A stretch of 59,577 bases of DNA, the filler included, from Sphacelaria rigidula (taxonomy: Eukaryota): assembly GCA_964200075.2 (NCBI GenBank). It is 4 parts of 4 records of this genome, joined end to end, with 100 filler letters (N's around TTAATTAATTAA, not from the genome) between each part and the next. Parts side by side here need not be neighbours in the genome. Positions count along the whole stretch, not along the records: positions 1 to 14,821 come from CAXNAA020002028.1; positions 14,922 to 29,741 come from CAXNAA020002029.1; 2 more parts are not named here. One strand, written 5' to 3'. Numbering within the stretch: the first letter of the stretch is position 1; each line of letters opens with the position of its first letter. The position numbers were made by a program, and so were the translations under genes. Under the pieces are notes generated by a model. That model saw only the letters and a program-made list of their open reading frames with translations, was not told where the DNA came from and did not search any database. Below are positions 12,936 through 25,906 of the stretch, piece by piece.

Positions 12936-13124
12936 GTAACGTTGCACAGTTCCGGAGTGGTCACCGGTGGTAGGGTGACGACATATTTGCTGGAAAAGAT
13001 GAGGGTGGCGCGCCAGCTGGAAGGCGAGCGGAGCTACCACGTCTTTTATCAGCTCTGCAAGGGGGCCGAGGAGGAGATGCGACAGCGGTTGGGGCTGCAG
13101 GAGGCCGACCACTTTCGATCCCTG
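12936..13124 (+). CDS. Myosin exon (LLEKxRV..ERSYHVFYQL)
   Basis: VTLHSSGVVTGGRVTTYLLEKMRVARQLEGERSYHVFYQLCKGA continues RFGKYIQ in frame; donor CTG|GTGAAC is tentative. Confidence 0.9.
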
Positions 13125-13209
13125 GTGAACTCCATGTAGTCGTGAATAATTATCAGAGTTTTTTTCGTCGGGACTGAGGTTTCTCTTACCCTTTTCCTTT
13201 TTCATGATT

Positions 13210-13211
<2 letters not shown>

Positions 13212-13248
<37 letters not shown>
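13212..13248. repeat. (GT)n microsatellite
   Basis: Visible run. Confidence 0.9.
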
Positions 13249-13251
<3 letters not shown>

Positions 13252-14821
13252 AGTTTACTTCGTTTGTTAACTTCTTCTCCATGTTTCGTGTCTATTCTCT
13301 GTTTTAGTTCATCTTGGGTACGTTTACTATTCTTGTGAACACGACTGGATTTCTCGAGGGATCAGTTGATTTATGATCAGTCAGTACCGAGGGGGGGGAG
13401 AGATGGGCTGGTCCCCAAAGACCACGGACTCATCCAGGGGAGGGCAGGAGGGGGGGTTAAAGGTGTGACGAAAAGAACGAGGTAAGCAAATCAAGTCAAG
13501 CAAGCAACAATCAATCAATCAATCATAGCGACATTGTTTCGTGGCGCTTGACCTTCATGGCTTTGCCTTCATTTATTTCATCATACCTTTTTAGTAACAC
13601 CCCCTCTTCCTTGAGCACGACTCGATATTCTTGAGGGATCAGTCAAGACCCTTCTTTCTCTCTCACGGTGCTTTCTATCGATTGTATTCTTCTATCGAGC
13701 ACTGGATAATCCCTCCCGCAGCCTTTCGGCACACATGAACATGTTTGCGTATTCGAAGCACACACGTCTTCGAGCGCAGCCCTATCATATTCTTGTTCGA
13801 CGTCTTGTTATCGCTCACGTTTGTTGACCGGAAATGCGGGGTTCTGGAAACTGAGTAACAACTTGGAACCTGGAAGTAAAATGCGTTCGTAGTGCATGCG
13901 TTATCTTGGAGTAGAAGCCCCCGTGTGATCTGTGTCCGACCTTTTTGTTTTTTTTTCCCCCGAATAAGCCCGTTATCTAGGGTGCGAAAGCCGAGTCAGG
14001 AAGAACGTGAGACCCCCAAAAAACCGGTAAGGCCGAGGGGAAGCAAAGAATTGCCTGGATACGGAGGACGTTATCCTGGCCTTGCACCCATGACTGCAAA
14101 GTGAAGAATAGTGCTTGTCAGCTGCTCTGTCGTGACAGCTTCTCACATCCTCCCAGCATGTTTACAATAGTTGCTGTGCTATTTTGATGACCGAATTGCC
14201 GTTGCTTTATTGAGTCGCGGTTGATCTAATTCCTTATCCGATTCAATTCGAACGTATATGCCATTCAAGCTTGTGCGATTCATTCCCGGTCCGCGAATCC
14301 CAGATTTCACTGCGTTTGATCCTCAATCACTTTCAGGTTCATGCGTACCTCATGCGGGGGGTCGTGGCATCAGTTTCTTGGACAAAGCCTCTTGCAGGCA
14401 GTACTGTAGAGTTCTGAAAATCTCGGGAGCCATTTTGTTCAATTAGTTTCCCAACTGTTGAAAATGCGGCTTGGCTTGAGAATCATGAGTTGATTGATTT
14501 GCGAGTTCTTCGGGTGGCCGAGCTGTATTATCACAATAAAAAATGTTGCGCTGGATATTTGAAAATGATCAGTGTATTTTCATGAAATACGTTCTCCTAC
14601 CGTCATTTGGCGTACTTGGCAATTTGTGCATTTTTATTACGAGCTGATTCACGCTTATCACCCCGGAATATTCTAAGGAACACATGTACAAAGTTTGGTG
14701 GAGAAACTCGAAAAAGTCATACACTTCTTCCCTTGACGTGAAATTCACCCCAAAAGACGTTTTCGTACGAGCTGGGCCAGCCTAGAGGCTGCATGAACGT
14801 TTGCAGGCGGATGCGCCGGCC

Positions 14822-14921
14822 NNNNNNNNNNNNNNNNNNNNNNNNNNNNNNNNNNNNNNNNNNNNTTAATTAATTAANNNNNNNNNNNNNNNNNNNNNNN
14901 NNNNNNNNNNNNNNNNNNNNN
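14822..14921. other. Artificial contig linker
   Basis: N44-TTAATTAATTAA-N44 (stops in all six frames). Confidence 0.97.
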
Positions 14922-16272
14922 GGGAAGGGAGGAAGGGAAAAAGAGGGGGAGAGAGCACAACAAGGAAGTGTGATTTCCTTGACCAGATCAAAGAACGAAA
15001 TGGTGGTAGAGGGGCTGCCACCACACCATGTACTGAGGTCAAGAATGAAAACCGCCAAAACGAAAGGAGTAAGTAAGTAAGGACGACACACAACAAGATG
15101 GAGTAGGAGGGGGAGGGGGGGTAACACGTTTTCTCTACTCCGTGGAGGATATGAAAAGAGCAAAACAAAACGCAGGCTAATGCTGGGGGAAAAGGCTACA
15201 ACATGCGTAGCTGTAGCTATACAAACGCCGATGACCTCGACTGAATGTGAACCCACCTAAATTTCTGGCACACATCAAACACAGACACTGACATACGCAC
15301 ACACATGATCTCTCTCCCCGTCACTGCTCCTTCTCCATGTCTTCATGTTCCACTAGCTCTCTTTCCTATCTGCGGCACGATTCATCCTTGGAAAAACGAC
15401 CGCTATCAAAACGTCACTACCACCATCCGCACGAACTCGCGACGAAGATTTTCATATCTCCTCTTTGCCGCGACCCACGTGTTTCGCGTCCCGGCTAATC
15501 CAGGCAGTCATCACTCAGCGCCGAGCCTGCCCGGCCGGCGTCCCTCTCGAAAAAAGGGCACACTCTTCCACAAAAAGAACGGACAGCCAGGCGGGCGTCG
15601 GCAATAAGAGAGGAATCACCCCGTCTCCCCGACGCGGTCCTCCTCACCCTCCCCTCGCCCCCCTTCCTGGTCTGTCTCCTCAAATATGGTACGGTAAGCT
15701 AAGGAACAACACGCATGGCTATATTGCTAGCCAGATAACATGATCGAAGCGCGGTTGCGCATGACTCGGACAGGCACAGCTCGACACCTGAGACGCTGCC
15801 TTGTGTAAAAAACATCCAAAGGATATACATTAAATAAATAAAACATTCATGCATACCATGCTGTCATGAGCCCCCCCCCCCCCCCTGCCCCCCGCTCTCA
15901 GACCTCGCATATACACAACAACAAGACGCAACACACAAACCACACACGCGCGCGTTCGGAGCATGTCCACTGATGCATTCATCGACCAATCCATCCCTCG
16001 AGAATCACAACAGAAGAAAAATAGAAACGTTACCTGCACATTGTTGCGGCTTCATTCCCCCTCCCCTGCCCCTTCCCCTCAACATACACACCGGGTGTCG
16101 ACAGACATCAGTCTTTGTTCGTCCTACTCGTGGGGCTTAGTGATGTGCTGTTTACCGATCAACAACTTGCAACAGGGCGCCGGGGCCTCTCCGACATACA
16201 CGACACAACGTCGGAAGACACACAACGAGCAGCTACAACATCCACATCCCCCTTCCTCTCGTTCCAAGGCCG

Positions 16273-16881
16273 TCAAACGGCCCTGCAGGGGGGTGGGGGC
16301 AAGCGCGCCAACACCCCACCCCCGCTCCCACCAACAGCCCCACCGCCTCCAACGCCGCTGGAAACTCCACCCCCGCCGCTTCCATTTGACATCTCACTAC
16401 TACCACCACTGTTGCTGCAGCAGCAGCTACTGCAGCAGCCATCATCATCGACAGGCACCGGTTCATCCGCAACGGCCGTCCCCCATTCCCCGGCGCGATT
16501 TACCTCTGGCCCTCGCCGCTGATACAGCTGCGGCTGCTGCTGCTGCGCACCATCATCGTACGGATGTTGTTGTTGGGCCGCCGCCGTGAGTATCGCGTGC
16601 TGAACCGTGGGTCCTCCGCCACTGTACATGCGGGCTCGGGTCCCGCCGACGCTCGGAGTCGCGTCGAGCGGAGCCGCGTCCGATCCTTCGTCAACCATGG
16701 CGGTCGAGACGGCTCGGCAGCAGTCACCACCGCCCTGCTGCGCATACGACGAGCTGACCCTCTCGCGGAGTTCATTGAACAGCCCCGACGCCCACGCCTC
16801 GTGCTTGGCCTCAAAAAAGTCTAGTAGGCAGCGTCCGGACACCATGTGAGGGCTGTCCATCTTCCGCACCCGCCTCTCGGA
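16273..16881 (-). CDS. IQM-like protein, 3' exon (low-complexity tail; 3' end uncertain)
   Basis: CCGCAG|TCCGAG acceptor gives SERRVRKMDSPHMVSGRCLLDFFEAKHEAWASGLF in phase 0 after HDKT; an internal intron is possible. Confidence 0.6.
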   Translation of the reverse strand, partial: SERRVRKMDSPHMVSGRCLLDFFEAKHEAWASGLFNELRERVSSSYAQQGGGDCCRAVSTAMVDEGSDAAPLDATPSVGGTRARMYSGGGPTVQHAILTAAAQQQHPYDDGAQQQQPQLYQRRGPEVNRAGEWGTAVADEPVPVDDDGCCSSCCCSNSGGSSEMSNGSGGGGVSSGVGGGGAVGGSGGGVLARLPPPPCRAV

Positions 16882-17285
16882 CTGCGGTTATTCAGAAAAT
16901 CAGGCACCAATTACCACCATTATTGTCATCGTCATTATTTTACACTATTTTTGATGAAAACAAGGAGCACATGTGACCATGTAAGAGCGGTCGCTCGGCC
17001 AGGTGTTAACGTGGGCATAAAGACCAACAAGGGAGAGTTGTCAGAAGAGCGCTGTTCACGGCAGACATTAACGACCCGTTGTATTGACGCGCCCACGACA
17101 CACAAAAGAGCAAAAAGATGGAGAGAATTACAACAAGCGTGGCGTTCTGCAGAGCATAATCTGCTGCGGGACATGGAATGAGGGATAGAAAGTGTCATAT
17201 ATTTCATTTGAAACAAAAGCATGCAAGCACGTCGGTGTGTAGGCCACAAAATCGTCTTCTTCAATCGAACCATATGTGGGTATAC

Positions 17286-17317
<32 letters not shown>

Positions 17318-17495
17318 GGGAAAGACATGGAGTTGCGTTAAAAAAAACACGAACGAAATAATATGATTCGACCATTATGGGTAACATTATATACATGCAC
17401 ATGTGGAAATGTACGACACCATCACAGAGGTATCGGGTTGTGGCACAGGGGTGCCATTACCCCACAAAAACGATTTCGGGCGTACAGCTGAGCAC

Positions 17496-17666
17496 CGTGT
17501 CCTTCCCACTGCTCCGGATCTTTCGACGGCCGAGCATGGCTCTGAATACTGGCGCTTTTCGCGGGGTGGGAGCGGGGATGGGGGTTCGTTTGCCGCGAGC
17601 ATATCGTCGATAGCCTTTCCTGCTGTCCAACAGATCCGCAAAGGGAAAACCGTCGTCATCACCAAC
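17496..17666 (-). CDS. Possible symmetric (57-codon) exon of the IQM-like gene
   Basis: CACAG|GTTGGT acceptor, ACG|GTGCTC donor, phase 0/0, stop-free; no motif support. Confidence 0.35.
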
Positions 17667-18151
17667 CTGTGAGATAGTGGTAACCCCCGCGCCTACACCC
17701 TCCGACATCATGAGTTAGAGAAAGAGAGAGAGAGAGAGAATGTGTGCGAAACCAAAGCGGCGGGGAATCACATTAGTACTTCGTCACTTCGGCGGGATTT
17801 TGTATTTCGCCGCGTTTTTGGTAATCTCGCCGCGTTTTCGGTTTGATGTGTGTGCTCTACTATGGAAACGCACGTGGATCCTGCTACAGCAGTGCATATT
17901 AACTAGGAGTCCAGTACAAGTACGTCCGCCGTGATTCATTCAGCATCGCACATGTCGATGCAATCGCACACAAAGGAGTCGTCGCACAGGGGTGCGACAA
18001 AAGCCAAGAATGAAATGATCTTGAAACGATCGCACAGGACCGCAAAGACCCGTAGTTCTTCAGTAACTCCCCCCCCCCCCCGCCCCGCTCCCCCACCCAA
18101 TACCCTTCATCATTCATCTACTCGCCTCCTTTCCACAGTTCAACAACGCAC

Positions 18152-18377
18152 CGTCTTATCGTGGCGCGCCACCTTGTGCACCCTTTGGGCGTCCACTTGT
18201 ATGCAGCTGAGGTCTACCCCCAGCTGCAGGAGAAACAGGAGCAATCGATGCAGATGACGGTTCGTTGGCCGGTAGTGCCCCGAGTGTGGGTAAAGAGTCA
18301 CCAACATTCCATTCTCGGCCACCAGCATCCCCGCCGCCTCTACATAAGAACCCCCGAAAAAGCTCGAGTGGTGAAAC
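18152..18377 (-). CDS. IQM-like protein exon (FHHSSF..HSGHYRP)
   Basis: FHHSSFFGGSYVEAAGMLVAENGMLVTLYPHSGHYRPT matches the plant IQM core FxHSSFL.GG..AAG.L....G.L..I.P.SGHY.P; canonical splice sites. Confidence 0.9.
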
Positions 18378-18625
18378 CTGACAACAGAAAGGAACGCAAG
18401 ACAGCGGAGCACGAGCAGGAGGGGGGGTGTAATTTTACGTCGCGTTCCACGATTTGGTGAATTCAACCTTGCTCCTCTTCACTATTCTAGTACCCAACCT
18501 CATTCTTCTGTAAATGAGGGGCGGAGCGATCAACTGTTTGTCGTCTAACAAGTACAACATTGAACACCGAGGCTGCCAACCATGCTTTGTCCCACACGAA
18601 AACCAATGAGAGAAAGGGTTTCAGC

Positions 18626-19522
18626 TAGAGCTGTGAACGGGCTGCCAGTTCAACTGAACAATTACAGTTAATTGGTAAAACTGGTTAACTGATTAGTTTT
18701 GTGACCAGTTGAACCGGTTATTTCACCCGACATATGTGTCATACTTCAAAGTGCTTTGTGTACATATGTGTCTACTAAAGTCAATATTTCTGAAGTATTG
18801 TCGTACTACAATGGCCATGGAGACGCGGTTGCAGAGGCGAGTACATGACCGCACAGAGCACACACCTAGACGTAGACACGAATGTCGCAGACTATATATT
18901 CCAGTATATTGAAAAAATGGGCACGGACAGTTATTGATTGAGCGGATCTGAAATATGAAGTAAGACTGCGTTTCGTAGCGTTGTTGTGTGTGCTTTGTTT
19001 CATCATATAGGCATCAAGCGTTAGAAGCTTCCAGTGGTGCCTGGTCAATGTGATACCGAAGCGTGAGGAAGAGTCGACATTTTCTGTTAAATTTTCATGG
19101 CTGATGAAGTCACTCTCAAAAGCGTTACCAAGTTGTAGTGCTACCAGTAGTTCCTGGCGCTTAGGTATGCTGCACTACTGTCTCACCGCCTTGTTTTTTG
19201 CACTCACGTGGCAAAGTTCAGCGATATTTCCTTTTCCCTTGTACACACATGCATATATATATATATATGTATTTCTGCACCGATTTATGCTCAATTTGCT
19301 GGCGCTAGGCGGCTAGAATTTACCGCGATTTTGAAGAGATGTGAAGCCAAATGGCATAATTTCTTATCTCCAGCGAGGCCCCCTCACCAGCCGGGGGGGG
19401 GGGGAAGGGGGAGTTACGCGACTCCGCCGCCAGTTATCCAGTTTTAACTGCTATAATAACTGTAACTGGTTGTAATTTCTTGCAACCGGTTGAACGGTTA
19501 GCCAAACAAGTTCACAACTCTA
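18626..19522. mobile_element. Non-autonomous hAT element, 897 bp, perfect 8-bp TSD
   Basis: TAGAGCTGTGAAC / GTTCACAACTCTA; TSD GTTTCAGC at 18618-18625 and 19523-19530; subterminal AACTG/AACCGGTT repeats. Confidence 0.88.
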
Positions 19523-20082
19523 GTTTCAGCAGTTTTTTGTAATGTACAACGCGTTGATATTTCCACACATGCACGCACACACAGACATGATCTTTTTTGC
19601 ACAAACTTTTGTACCAACACGTGATTTCAACTTCATCAACACGTTCTTTCAGGAGACCTGCGAGTCGAACCCCGGTTCGTCTCAATACTTTTCTCCTGTA
19701 CCCAACCCCTATCATTCTCAAGGGGTGGGCGATTCAACTTCATGTGTTTACGAGTACAAGATGGCAGCGAGCGTCACTAAATGGACACGTACGTAACAAC
19801 GTCAGCAAAGATAATTTCGATCACAACATCAAAGTATGAGAGAGTTTTGGAAATCAAAAAAAGGCCGGGAAAACTCAGGAATAATTATCGTTTGATTGTA
19901 TTTCAGGAAAAAGAGGCAAACTATCCCTCAGTTTTTGGCTCAAAAAATTGTTTTCCGAAACTCTTTATTATGGACAAACGAGGAGGGACGGGGGGCAAGT
20001 GTAGCGGCACAGTCTGCCAGGTCAGTCACTCGCGAGGAGTACTGCAAGAGCGCCCTTAAATCCTACGCAACTGTACACGCAC

Positions 20083-20201
20083 CTGGGAGGGTCCGTCTTC
20101 TTGCCTGTCGCGAAGATCGTGCGATCTCGCAGAACGAACAGCCAAGCGTTTGGGCCAGAATTCACAGGCTCGCCGCTCGCCGTGTGCAGCATAGCTCGTC
20201 C
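20083..20201 (-). CDS. IQM-like protein exon (WLFVL)
   Basis: GRAMLHTASGEPVNSGPNAWLFVLRDRTIFATGKKTDPPR corresponds to the IQM WIFVL..Y.G.K segment; phases match both neighbours. Confidence 0.85.
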
Positions 20202-23200
20202 CTGGCGGATAGAAAAGGCGGGGGAGGCGGAAGGTCGGGTGAATACATGAATAAAATTGGTGTCTGGCAATACAGGCTTCACTACTTTCACCCGTACAAC
20301 GGGAAGCACAATTTTGTTAGACCCGAAGTTTCGTTCATGGCGCCGCGTAGCTGCCGCCCGACCCCCGTCGCCCGCAACAGCACCTGCCTGGGTGCTCCGA
20401 CTGTCCCTGGGGTGGACCCCCCTGTGCCCGAGGATTTTTTGTCTGCACTTCAGTAGAGTTGGGGCCAAGAATGACGTTATTAGGGTTTGCCGAGTTGGGT
20501 CGGGCTGGGTTACGACATGGTCGGGAACCTACCCGCATGAAGAGGATTATGAGTGATTTCCCTGGAAACAGTACAGCAGGGTGAAAGGGGCAACAGCAAA
20601 TGTATTTCTCACGATATGTACACCAGTGACATCATGAGATCGTGCGCGGGGACCCCAATACATCTGTATCAAGGTCTCATTCAAAATTGAATCGCAAAAG
20701 TGGAAAAAGCACGCGAGCGGGGGGGAAGGAGGGGGGGAGCCGGGCTGTCAACTCGAAGTATTCACCGGCGGTCGGAACCAATGGAGACAACACGTAAAAA
20801 GACTGTCGAGTAGAAGGTATTTCCCACATTTGGGTTTAAATTTTCAAACTCTTAAGCACCCAAGAATTTGGTAAGAGTACTGGAATCGTACTCAACAACA
20901 CCCAGATATTAGGCCGAGTAACACGGTCGTAAGCAAACCCCCCCCACAAGTTGGGTGGAATTCGAAATTGGACTAACGCAACAATGAATTCGGGAGAGGG
21001 AATACCCGGGTATTTACCCTACCCAACACACCCTTGTCCACATTCGACACGGCGTGGGGCTGGTATAACCGAATGGCTGGGGGCTTCAAATATATTCCCC
21101 GTTCCTCGCGCCTCACACTGCTGCTTTGCCGACGATCGTGGGATATGACCCCTGTTGCGAGATGCGGGAGTGGGTAGGTGAACATATGATAGATACCGTT
21201 AGGTGTGACGAGTGCCGGGGTATGATGTAACAGCCACACATTCATTACCAGTTGTTCATGTTCTTGTGGGGATGCTCGTGTGGTCACGATACGATACAAG
21301 CATTGCAGTGTACAGTAGCATGACTCTTACGCATAAAATGGCACTGTAGTTTTCGCGGGTATTTTTTTTTCTTGAGTTCACCGGTGGGATCATCTTGACA
21401 CAAAATGAACCCACAGCCGCGTGGGGGTATCCTGTCTCCGCCCCCCCACACACACGACCTGATGTACAATCCCACCGTCAAGTAACGAGAAAGCAAACTG
21501 AACCATAGCTTCCTCCACTTGAACATTCGCCCGCTTGGCAGGGTGGGTCAGATATCGAATGAGCATCACCTTCACTTGAAGAGTGAATGCGAGGCAGGGT
21601 GAGGTTATCTGTTGAAGCGGCAATCACTTTGACTTGTGTGAACCTGGGACACTGGTGACCCACTCCGGCGGACAAAAGTTGTATGGTTGACCGTTCAAAG
21701 GCTGCACGATTGACCGGTTGACCGTCCTCGCGTACCCCTGAGTCCTATGATGAGAGGAAGCATGACCAATATGAAAACAAATGACGACCCATTTACTGGT
21801 GCCCACCATCAATAGGGGATCGAGCGGACCTTGACCCCCCCTTCTCGTAGACGTGGAGGAGTACATGGGGGACGGTTGTGGGGCATTTTCCAATCGAAAG
21901 CGTGCCTGTTCTAGCCCTACCACCGCTGTGCTACCGTCAGCTAGCTTGTTCTTTAGTAGAGCCTGAAACCGCCCGAGGGGAATTGTATCCAGCGTGCACA
22001 TGTCCGTATTATATTCAGTAGTTCACTGATCAGTATAATACTCCGGAGTATTTCCATTTTCGGACCGAATCGCCGAGGGGACCCGAGGTCAGACCTTCCG
22101 AGATGGGATATACATCTCGACCCTTTGTAGGCGTTTCTCCGACCGGAATCAACGGTCACGAGACCATGCTGCCTCAGGGCAGATAATCTGCTGCTTCTGT
22201 TACAGAGTGATTATCTTCATCTTGAGACTACCGTGCACCGTCGAAACATCTCTACAAGAGTTCAGCGACGCCCCGATGGTCTAATGGACCAACTGACACC
22301 GCTAGGGTGGAAATAGCGCGGCATCAATTATCGATCCCCGCTGGATGCGTTCGACTTCATTTTGTCAAGAGCATCTAAGTTTCAGGGTTAAAGACGTGAG
22401 GATGTGACTATTATTAGCAAGAAGAAGAGTCTGTTTGAATGACTTTGTCTGAAGGCAGTCGAAGCGGTGCATGAGTGCTGGCCCAATGCGCGCGACCAAA
22501 ATGTAAGGAGTATATCGGGGATAGATGCGCAAACACACAACAGCAAAAATAGACACAGATTTTTACGGCGGAGAAAAGGGGCCCGGCACTACTATAACCC
22601 CGACTGCAGGAGAAACAACATGTCTCCAGAGCACTCGGGACACCGCTGTTCCCTAGGTTGCGCGTCCCATCATGAAGATGTGATCTCATTGAACCACTCA
22701 TCCAATGTTCATTCGCTGCTACAAAGCCGAATAGTTAACTTGCAAACCTCCTTCGAGTGTATGCGTCTGCTTCAACGACAAGGAGGGTCGACAGCTCCAT
22801 CATCGTGATGCTAGATATCCTACGAGATATTTTGCTGCCTACGGAATGTGCTGCACGCGATATATTTCGATCTTGCTCTTGTGTATGCATACTCTCTCGT
22901 CTCGTGGTGAATGATTGATGACATAACATTCCACCTTTCGCTGTCATAAGTACGGCCCCACGCTTCCTTCTCCTTCTTTCCCAAGGGGGAGACTTCATTT
23001 TATCTGTCGATGCCAAGTCAACGCTAGGTCGGATTCTTCTCGGCTTCCGAGCGACTGTACACAACGTACCGTACGGTACCATGTAACACATATTCTGTAG
23101 CCGCAAAAGAAATGGGAATGATGCTGCTATAGCCCACCCCCCATGAGGCAGTGTATAAGCCGTGACTGTCTCTGGATGTGGCGATACCAAACAATAAAGC

Positions 23201-23380
23201 AACTCATTGGAGGCTGTCATCCAAATGCAAGATTATCAGTAGGCTTCGGGCCGAACAATCTTAGCAGGATGCAGCTCACCCTTTATGCGACTCGCCGAAC
23301 AAACACACCACGGCGCTTCGCGCTTGGTGGTTTGAGTGCGAGTCTGGTCCAGCGAAAACCCGGGTGCTCCGTCCCGGCCT

Positions 23381-23437
23381 TGTAGGGATGCGAGGTCAAT
23401 GGTCACATGACTATGGCATGCATGATCATGAGTACAC
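23381..23437 (+). repeat. Copy of CATG-rich retroposon 3' end
   Basis: TGTAGGGATGCGAGGTC.ATGGTC.CATGACTATGGCATGCATGATCA.GAGTACAC, near-identical to 44761-44817. Confidence 0.75.
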
Positions 23438-24510
23438 CTCTCAAACTATCCTCAAGACTGTACTGTCATGAACAAATAGGTCATACAGCGTTTCAGAGCT
23501 GGTTTCAGACTGCATGAAGCGTCTCATGTGGGCAATATTGGCGAAACGATCCCAAGCGTCGGAGTCCTCGTCTGCTTGGTGTGCTTGGGTCTCGTCGTTT
23601 TGATCTAAATACAGATTGTGCCCCCTCAAATTAAGGACTTCTCTGACGGGGGGGGGGGGACGTGGCACTAGTCAAGGATGTGTAGTCTCTCTCGCCAGTA
23701 CTCCTTGGGGGCCGAAGGGGNNNNNNNNNNTTTTTTTAAACAAAAAACGGGTGCCCCCCCCCCAAGTCAGGGCCTGGGGGGGGGGGGGGGGGGGGGGACG
23801 CGGCACCAGTCATGGATGTTTACTCTCCCACGCTGATAGTCCTTGGGGGTGCAAGGGGCGAGCCTCGGCCTACGGTATATCATGGGTCCCGGTGCTCGGA
23901 TTTCTTTTAGTTTTGACTGCCATGTTGAAGAATAATACAGTATAAACAGAGATTCTCACCTTCAGTCGACACATCGCACATATCCATCTAGAAGTTTGAA
24001 AGTTGTGATTACATAATGAACAGATGCCCCTTCCGCTCCCTTCTTTCCCTCAGTATTGTGATGTATCATAGATATTACAGGTGGATACGGCAGAGGCCAA
24101 ACGAATCAGGGCTCGATACCCAATCTCTTAGGGAAGCGGGTTGAGGTTGGTAAAGTCATATGGTGGAGTTCGTCCGAGAACCGGATATATATATATATAT
24201 ATAATGCACATATCATGTAAAGGTTCCAGAATACCAGGAGGTTCGCGCGCTGAACGCTTTGCCATCTACTTTCCCTTTCAAGCAAGAATGGGTCTACAAA
24301 TATGGGAGCCAGCGTCCACTGTCATGACACTTTGCAAACCAATACCGAATTCATCAATCGGATGGTGGGTTCGTCGAGGAACATGATATCAAGAGCTAGG
24401 CCACCCCATCAACACGATACCCCCCCCCCCCCCCCCCCCCCCTCATCCACAAACTCCGACACCCTGGAGACCGCTCCACTTCAACAGAACGGCCAAGGAC
24501 ATGTGCTCAC

Positions 24511-24786
24511 CTCATCCGTGACCGTGAGGCGCAAGGCGTAGTTCCCGCGTTCCTCTGGCTGGCAGTAGTGAACAACGTCGCTTTCCAGCTCATGCCTGGG
24601 GCATCCTTCGAGCTGGACCTCGGGGGTACTGAGCCACTTGAAAAAATATCCATCCGGTTTCCCCCTCCTCTCCCACTCCTTAAAGTACAGCCGTAAGTTT
24701 TTTCCATATCGGTGGTGTTTGTCGTGTACCTCCAACATCGATCGTTTGTCCAAAGGCACGTAATTCAACATCCACCCTCGAGGCAC
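24511..24786 (-). CDS. IQM-like protein exon (D..HRYG.NL..Y...W, FFKWL)
   Basis: LEVHDKHHRYGKNLRLYFKEW..YFFKWL..LEGCPRHELESDVVHYCQPEER matches IQM LEAIDPRHRYGHNL..Y..W..FFYWLD..CPR..L....I.YL...ER; CAG|GTG acceptor, GAG|GTGAGC donor. Confidence 0.92.
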
Positions 24787-25906
24787 CTGGCAAGGTCGGT
24801 CGAGGGGGAAGGATAGCGAATGAGGTGGTGAAAATAAAGCAGAGGGATATTAAAACATGTCGTTGGGGAATGGGTACAAGTACGCAGGCTTCGGTTTCAG
24901 AGCCGCGCGGCTGCCAAAAAAGGCCTTTGACAAAAAACATGAGCGTTCTTTGCGAAGATATCATCTGTCCATGGAGCATCAGCTGGTCGGTGTACTACAC
25001 GATCGGAGGCGTTTTTCAAGTGGGTGAGGGGGGGGTGCAACTCAAACCACAGTATAAACTCAACTTTTGGTGCGAGCCCGTGCTGTTTTCCTCCCTGCTC
25101 CTTTTTATGAAGTATGTCTTTTAAACTTGAACAAAATGTCGATATACCGTGAACTAGACAGGTTTCAAGTCATCATCCACGTACCGAATCTCTTGTCGCA
25201 ACCTCCGCTCACCACCACACCTGATCCAAGGGGAAATGTATCGGAAATTTCTCAACCTATACCCCCTAGCCCCCCCGCTCACCGTCCGAGACATGCCTGC
25301 CGGACTAACATTTCCGAGCTGACGGTCTAACAAGAACGTGCATACCTACAGAGCATACGCGAAGAGATGCGTCACATGATGGGTATCTGAAAGCCGCTCT
25401 ATAGCACACACTTCCACAGGTTGACCGTTCGCCTCAAGTGTTCGTGAGTTGTTATAACGGGATGATTTTCACTTGGAAATGAGTCATGGACGACTCACAT
25501 GATTGGCGGTGGGTGTCGACGTTGCCATCTACAGTCAAGTGCACATGATGCCGATTCAACAGATCGCTCAACTTCGCGATCCAAAGGCTGACCCTTCAAC
25601 CCTTTTATGATGCATTCATCTTGACTCCTCATGTGTATAACACACATGATACATCACACTAAACGCGAACATGAACGACAATCGAAACGTTTTACGAACT
25701 GATTACAGATGACATTATTCCACCCACAGTCAGGCCAGATACAAATTCCCCAGTAAAAAATTATCGAAAAAAAGTCAAGATATCATCTTCGCTCGAAACG
25801 GTGGCGAGCGGTTTATAATATTACAAGTAGAAAAAAAAGTGTTTTTTTTTGTTCTCTGAAAACAGCCGGAAAGCGAAAGAGAGTTTGCGTTAATCCGCTC
25901 ATGTAC

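Noticed and set aside
15963..16589. 208-aa plus-strand ORF and other ORF-track entries in introns and repeats
   Set aside because: Antisense shadows of GC-rich exons or low-complexity translations with no motifs.
23640..23860. Tandem duplication around a 10-N gap
   Set aside because: Poly-G flanked and diverged; probably a low-quality read overlap.
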